Part shown: positions 60,691 through 64,000 of the stretch, one piece after another
Numbering within the stretch: the first letter of the stretch is position 1
Layout of the letters: every line of letters starts with the position of its first letter
Virus record (IMG/VR): IMGVR_UViG_3300032267_001142
Coordinates: 1 to 64,000 of that record
Length of the DNA stretch: 64,000 bases
From: a virus
Direction: 5' to 3' (one strand)
Translations under genes and position numbers: made by a program
Notes under the pieces: generated by a model
Databases searched by the model: none
Told to the model about the DNA's origin: nothing
Seen by the model: only the letters and a program-made list of their open reading frames with translations

Positions 60691-60691
60691 C

Positions 60692-62293
60692 ATGATTACA
60701 GTTTTATACAACAACGTTGACTTATTTTCCGGTATCTGCCCTGTGCCGTTTATCGGCAGGGACGTGACGATACTAGAGTTCGGGGACCGTTGGGGAGAAA
60801 GGGAGACGTTCAAAATGAACGGCGTCATAACCGGTGGGTGTTCCGGTTTTTCCGGTATACTGGCGCGGCAAGAGACTCTCATCTCTAGGCTGTCTTCTGA
60901 TTATAAAGGCTTTGAGATTTCTCAGGGGGGCTTTTCCGTCTTTTCTCGCCCAGTCGTCGAGGTAGGAAATCTCAATTTTCAAGACTCTAATTTGGCTTAC
61001 TCGCTGCCATTTTCTTTAGAAATGCACGCCTATCCATCTGGGTATTTTTCTGGTGCTTATGGAGTCCTTGACCCTAAAAACGAGTTCTCATACTCGGAAT
61101 CCGAGGGTGGAATAATGTCTCTAGTGCATACGGTCAGCGCGAAGGGATTTAATACTAGCGCCTCGCAGAATAACGCCTTAGCTAACGCGAAGGCTTGGGT
61201 TTCTTCAAAGACGGGTTTAGGTTCGTTAGTCCTACCGGCTTTCATTGATTACAACTATCAGGCTTTTTGTCCGACAACAATTTCAGAGCAAATAAGTCGA
61301 ATCTCCGCGACTTACGAGGTAAGAGAGTCTTATACCACCGACCTTATGCAGGCGGGATTCGGTATACTGAGATACACAGTGCAGTCTTCCGAGAACTCTG
61401 AAGACGGGAAGATTACGATAACCGTTCAGGGCGATATTGCTGGGTGCAGCAACGGAACTATGGAGCAAGTGCGACAGCGTTTCGCTTCTTTTGACGCGTA
61501 TAGCGCTGCGAAAACATTTTATTTCATTGTCAGCGGCAATACCGACCTGAATTCTCAGTTCGTTTCTCGTGGCGTGTCTGAAGACCCACAAAAATTGAGG
61601 CTGTCTTTTTCTTTCGTTTTTGATAATAGTTTAGAGCTTCTAACTAAATTCGAGTATACAACCAAATTCAACTACGATATTACCGAAGACCTTATTTCGG
61701 CAGAAATAGAGGGCACAGTATCGTCTAGGTCGGAGCTTGGCGGCAGATGGGAAATCGTGAAAGCTTATGCTAATTCTTTAGACCTATTTTCTATTCTTAA
61801 TGCGTCCTACGCGTTATACGCAAGTAGTGTTGGAGTATCGTATCCGCTCAATCCTTACAAGCGCTCCGAATCGCGCTCAGAAAATGAATTTACGTGCGAA
61901 ATTAAGCTGTCTCAGACCTACACTAACGCGCCAATACCTCCGAACGGCTTCCTTGAGCAAGACGTTAGTATCGAAATCTCCCCGTCTCTTCGTCAGTATT
62001 CTTTCAATCCGTGCTTAGACGGCTCAGGAAATTACGTCGTTACTGACTTAGGTTACTCGACGAGACAAAGAGCCTCATTTTCCATCGCCTCCGTCGCCGC
62101 GACTGGCTCTTCTACAGAGGCGGCTTTAGCCTCGATGAAGGGGCAAATGGTGGAATTGTTCAATATCTTTTTGGGAGGCGTCCGGCCAAATTTAGAGTCC
62201 CAATCACAGACTGTATCAGATGAGGCGTTTGGTCTCGCACCGTCGCTTTCTTGCTCTTATACATCCGAAGGGCCTATTTTCACTATCCCATAA
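60692..62293 (+). CDS. Tail-tip / hub protein
   Basis: Start reassigned to ATG 60692; similar repeat architecture to the upstream gene. Confidence 0.6.
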   Translation: MITVLYNNVDLFSGICPVPFIGRDVTILEFGDRWGERETFKMNGVITGGCSGFSGILARQETLISRLSSDYKGFEISQGGFSVFSRPVVEVGNLNFQDSNLAYSLPFSLEMHAYPSGYFSGAYGVLDPKNEFSYSESEGGIMSLVHTVSAKGFNTSASQNNALANAKAWVSSKTGLGSLVLPAFIDYNYQAFCPTTISEQISRISATYEVRESYTTDLMQAGFGILRYTVQSSENSEDGKITITVQGDIAGCSNGTMEQVRQRFASFDAYSAAKTFYFIVSGNTDLNSQFVSRGVSEDPQKLRLSFSFVFDNSLELLTKFEYTTKFNYDITEDLISAEIEGTVSSRSELGGRWEIVKAYANSLDLFSILNASYALYASSVGVSYPLNPYKRSESRSENEFTCEIKLSQTYTNAPIPPNGFLEQDVSIEISPSLRQYSFNPCLDGSGNYVVTDLGYSTRQRASFSIASVAATGSSTEAALASMKGQMVELFNIFLGGVRPNLESQSQTVSDEAFGLAPSLSCSYTSEGPIFTIP

Positions 62294-62334
62294 GGGTCAT
62301 TTGCGTGTAAACCTTTATTGGTAAAAGGTATTAC

Positions 62335-63996
62335 ATGGCTCTATCAGGTCTTAGCTATTTCTTCAGGGAGGCTGGGTTATCCAGCGCGTCTATCCCGGCT
62401 TACTACGATTTTCGTGTTTCTGGAGCTTTTGCCCGCTCGGTAGCTCCCTCTGATGGTCTCAATTCAGGAATCTTGTCTGGGCTTTCTCCCTCTTTTTGGG
62501 CGAGGGCTCATTCTGGGCTGTTTATTGGCGGTTTTGTGCAGCCTTCTCAACGGAATCGGATGGTTTCCGATTACTGGACGCATCTTTTCATCTATCAGAG
62601 AAACAACGCTGGACACGCTGTATTATTTGATAGTTACTCTGGTGGTTCTGGCTATACAATAGGAATGACGGCGACGAATAACGTATATTTTTCGTCCGAT
62701 AGCGAGCGTGGGCCGCAAACTTTGGTGAGTAAGATATCTTCTCCAGATAAGTCTGCTTTCGCCGTAGTTAAGGCGGATGGAGCTATCGCTTTCTATCATT
62801 TGCGTCCTGATGTGATGAGCGTATATAGCGATGCCGCAAGATGTTATCCATTCTTGGAGAACGCGTCGTATTGCAGGCTAGGTTCTAATTATGGACTTAC
62901 TCCCGACATTGCTCGCGGATATTTGGATGAATACGCCTATCTGAATCTTGCTGCTGACGCGAATCTTGTGAAATCGCTGTTTTCGGGAATGTTTTCTCAG
63001 TATACTGTGTCGGCAGCGCCAGTAAGCTATACGGGCTACATTGGCATAACCGGATATCGTCAAGCCCTCACCGGAATTACCGGCGTGACTGGATATCAAT
63101 ATTCAACCACACCGACCGGATACGATACTTTCGGCGACCCAATGTTTAGTCCTTCAGGAATCGCTATGACCGGATATATTATGTCTGGATTGGCTCAGAT
63201 ACCCATGACTGGATGGATTAACGTGCCGATGACGGGTGCGGCATCAGGTTCGTTTGTTGTTGATACTGGTTTTATCCTTAAAACCTTCGGATACAACAAG
63301 ATATCTTTTATCCACCAAATCAGTCCGGACGACGCTATTAGCGCTGTAGGCTACCAAAAAACAATTGGTGACACATATAACAAGACTGCTGAATTTGATT
63401 CCATAAAGGGCAAGTTTGAAATGGATGCGCCATATCGCTCAGGCGACATCATGATGTTTAGAAATGGTGTTTTGCAAAAAATTGATGCCATCTCTGGGGT
63501 TGTCGGCCTTTATTCCACGACCCCTGTGACGGTAGGAGATTGTGGCGTCACAGGGCATGATATTCTATTCGCTACTCCAGCGACCTATAATGAAACCGTC
63601 GTGTATGACTTGGCTTATGCCGACATCAGAGCTTTCGGAACCGGCCACTACAATAGCGGCGAGCTAATGCCGGTAACACCCACTGCAATTGATAGGGTTT
63701 TCGTGAACGGCTTACTCCAGTATAGCGGCCTAGACTATTCTATTTCTGGCGCTAGCGGGTATTGGAATAGGGACGTCGATGGTGAGATTCTATTTTCGAC
63801 GCTTTACGGGCAAACCGTAGACTTAACCGGCAATCCACCATTGCGTAATTTCGTGATTGGAAGCTCACAGGTTTTCAGAAATGGGGCTAGACAGACTTTG
63901 GGTTCTAACTATGTCGAATCTAGCACATTTTCTCTTCTCGGCTTTAGTGGGATATTTGAGACTGTGACAGACGAAGTATATAATACAGAAGTTTAA
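62335..63996 (+). CDS. Tail protein with a LamG/concanavalin-A-like domain
   Basis: AYYDF, WTHLFIY, Y.IGM, GYLDEYAY are LamG-like; C-terminal .F.NG..Q..G.DY repeats. Confidence 0.65.
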   Translation: MALSGLSYFFREAGLSSASIPAYYDFRVSGAFARSVAPSDGLNSGILSGLSPSFWARAHSGLFIGGFVQPSQRNRMVSDYWTHLFIYQRNNAGHAVLFDSYSGGSGYTIGMTATNNVYFSSDSERGPQTLVSKISSPDKSAFAVVKADGAIAFYHLRPDVMSVYSDAARCYPFLENASYCRLGSNYGLTPDIARGYLDEYAYLNLAADANLVKSLFSGMFSQYTVSAAPVSYTGYIGITGYRQALTGITGVTGYQYSTTPTGYDTFGDPMFSPSGIAMTGYIMSGLAQIPMTGWINVPMTGAASGSFVVDTGFILKTFGYNKISFIHQISPDDAISAVGYQKTIGDTYNKTAEFDSIKGKFEMDAPYRSGDIMMFRNGVLQKIDAISGVVGLYSTTPVTVGDCGVTGHDILFATPATYNETVVYDLAYADIRAFGTGHYNSGELMPVTPTAIDRVFVNGLLQYSGLDYSISGASGYWNRDVDGEILFSTLYGQTVDLTGNPPLRNFVIGSSQVFRNGARQTLGSNYVESSTFSLLGFSGIFETVTDEVYNTEV

Positions 63997-64000
63997 TATG

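Larger units (their letters stand above)
32566..62310. promoter_or_regulatory. Late-promoter motif GTGTAA (often TTTCCC-N14/15-GTGTAA)
   Basis: Plus-strand copies at 32566, 37677, 39963, 41832, 45569, 46310, 48757, 49927, 52071, 62305. Minus-strand copies at 25147, 29486, 30340. Each is 8-40 nt upstream of a late gene start. Confidence 0.75.

Noticed and set aside
1-64000. Stop-codon reassignment (code 15 or 4) as seen in some large phages
   Set aside because: Long conserved genes (TerL, portal, MCP, TMP) are uninterrupted in code 11, and TAA, TAG and TGA all terminate well-bounded genes.

Overview
This 64-kb window is part of a large tailed dsDNA phage genome (standard code 11, probably siphovirus-like). 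There is no rRNA and no host housekeeping context. All calls come from reading motifs by eye; no database searches were run. It has three zones. (1) 1-2.7 kb: a plus-strand, translationally coupled array of about 12 small paralogous ORFs, most starting M-I-K. (2) 2.8-23.4 kb: an early/accessory region of small genes in self-contained cassettes (terminator, 13-bp palindrome CCNGG-CNG-CCNGG, sigma70-like promoter with 16-bp spacer, then a leaderless or near-leaderless gene). I counted 30 palindrome copies. This zone holds DUF932, Gp88-like, SprT-like, methyltransferase and RelA/SpoT-type HD hydrolase genes, one normal tRNA(CAU), two aberrant tRNA-like genes (one with a ~55-nt insert in the anticodon arm, one with no anticodon arm), two candidate structured ncRNAs, an rrn-like boxB/boxA, sigma54-like -24/-12 sites and CTCA/TGAG repeat arrays near the probable genome end. 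(3) 23.5-64 kb: the late region. It includes a minus-strand fibre/RBP block with a sulfotransferase, PhoH, a glycosyltransferase-sulfotransferase fusion, a phage sigma factor with a GTGTAA late-promoter motif, TerL, an ERCC4 nuclease, portal, a lysis cassette with a GH46-like lysin, protease/scaffold, major capsid, neck, tail tube, chaperones, a 2322-aa tape measure protein and tail-tip proteins. Strongest candidates for undescribed biology: (a) the tape measure protein carries cargo domains, including a protein-kinase-like domain, bracketed by repeated G[FY]VPNF motifs; (b) the helically phased palindrome/cassette system; (c) the cluster of anticodon-altered tRNA mimics and ncRNA under a boxA-type leader.
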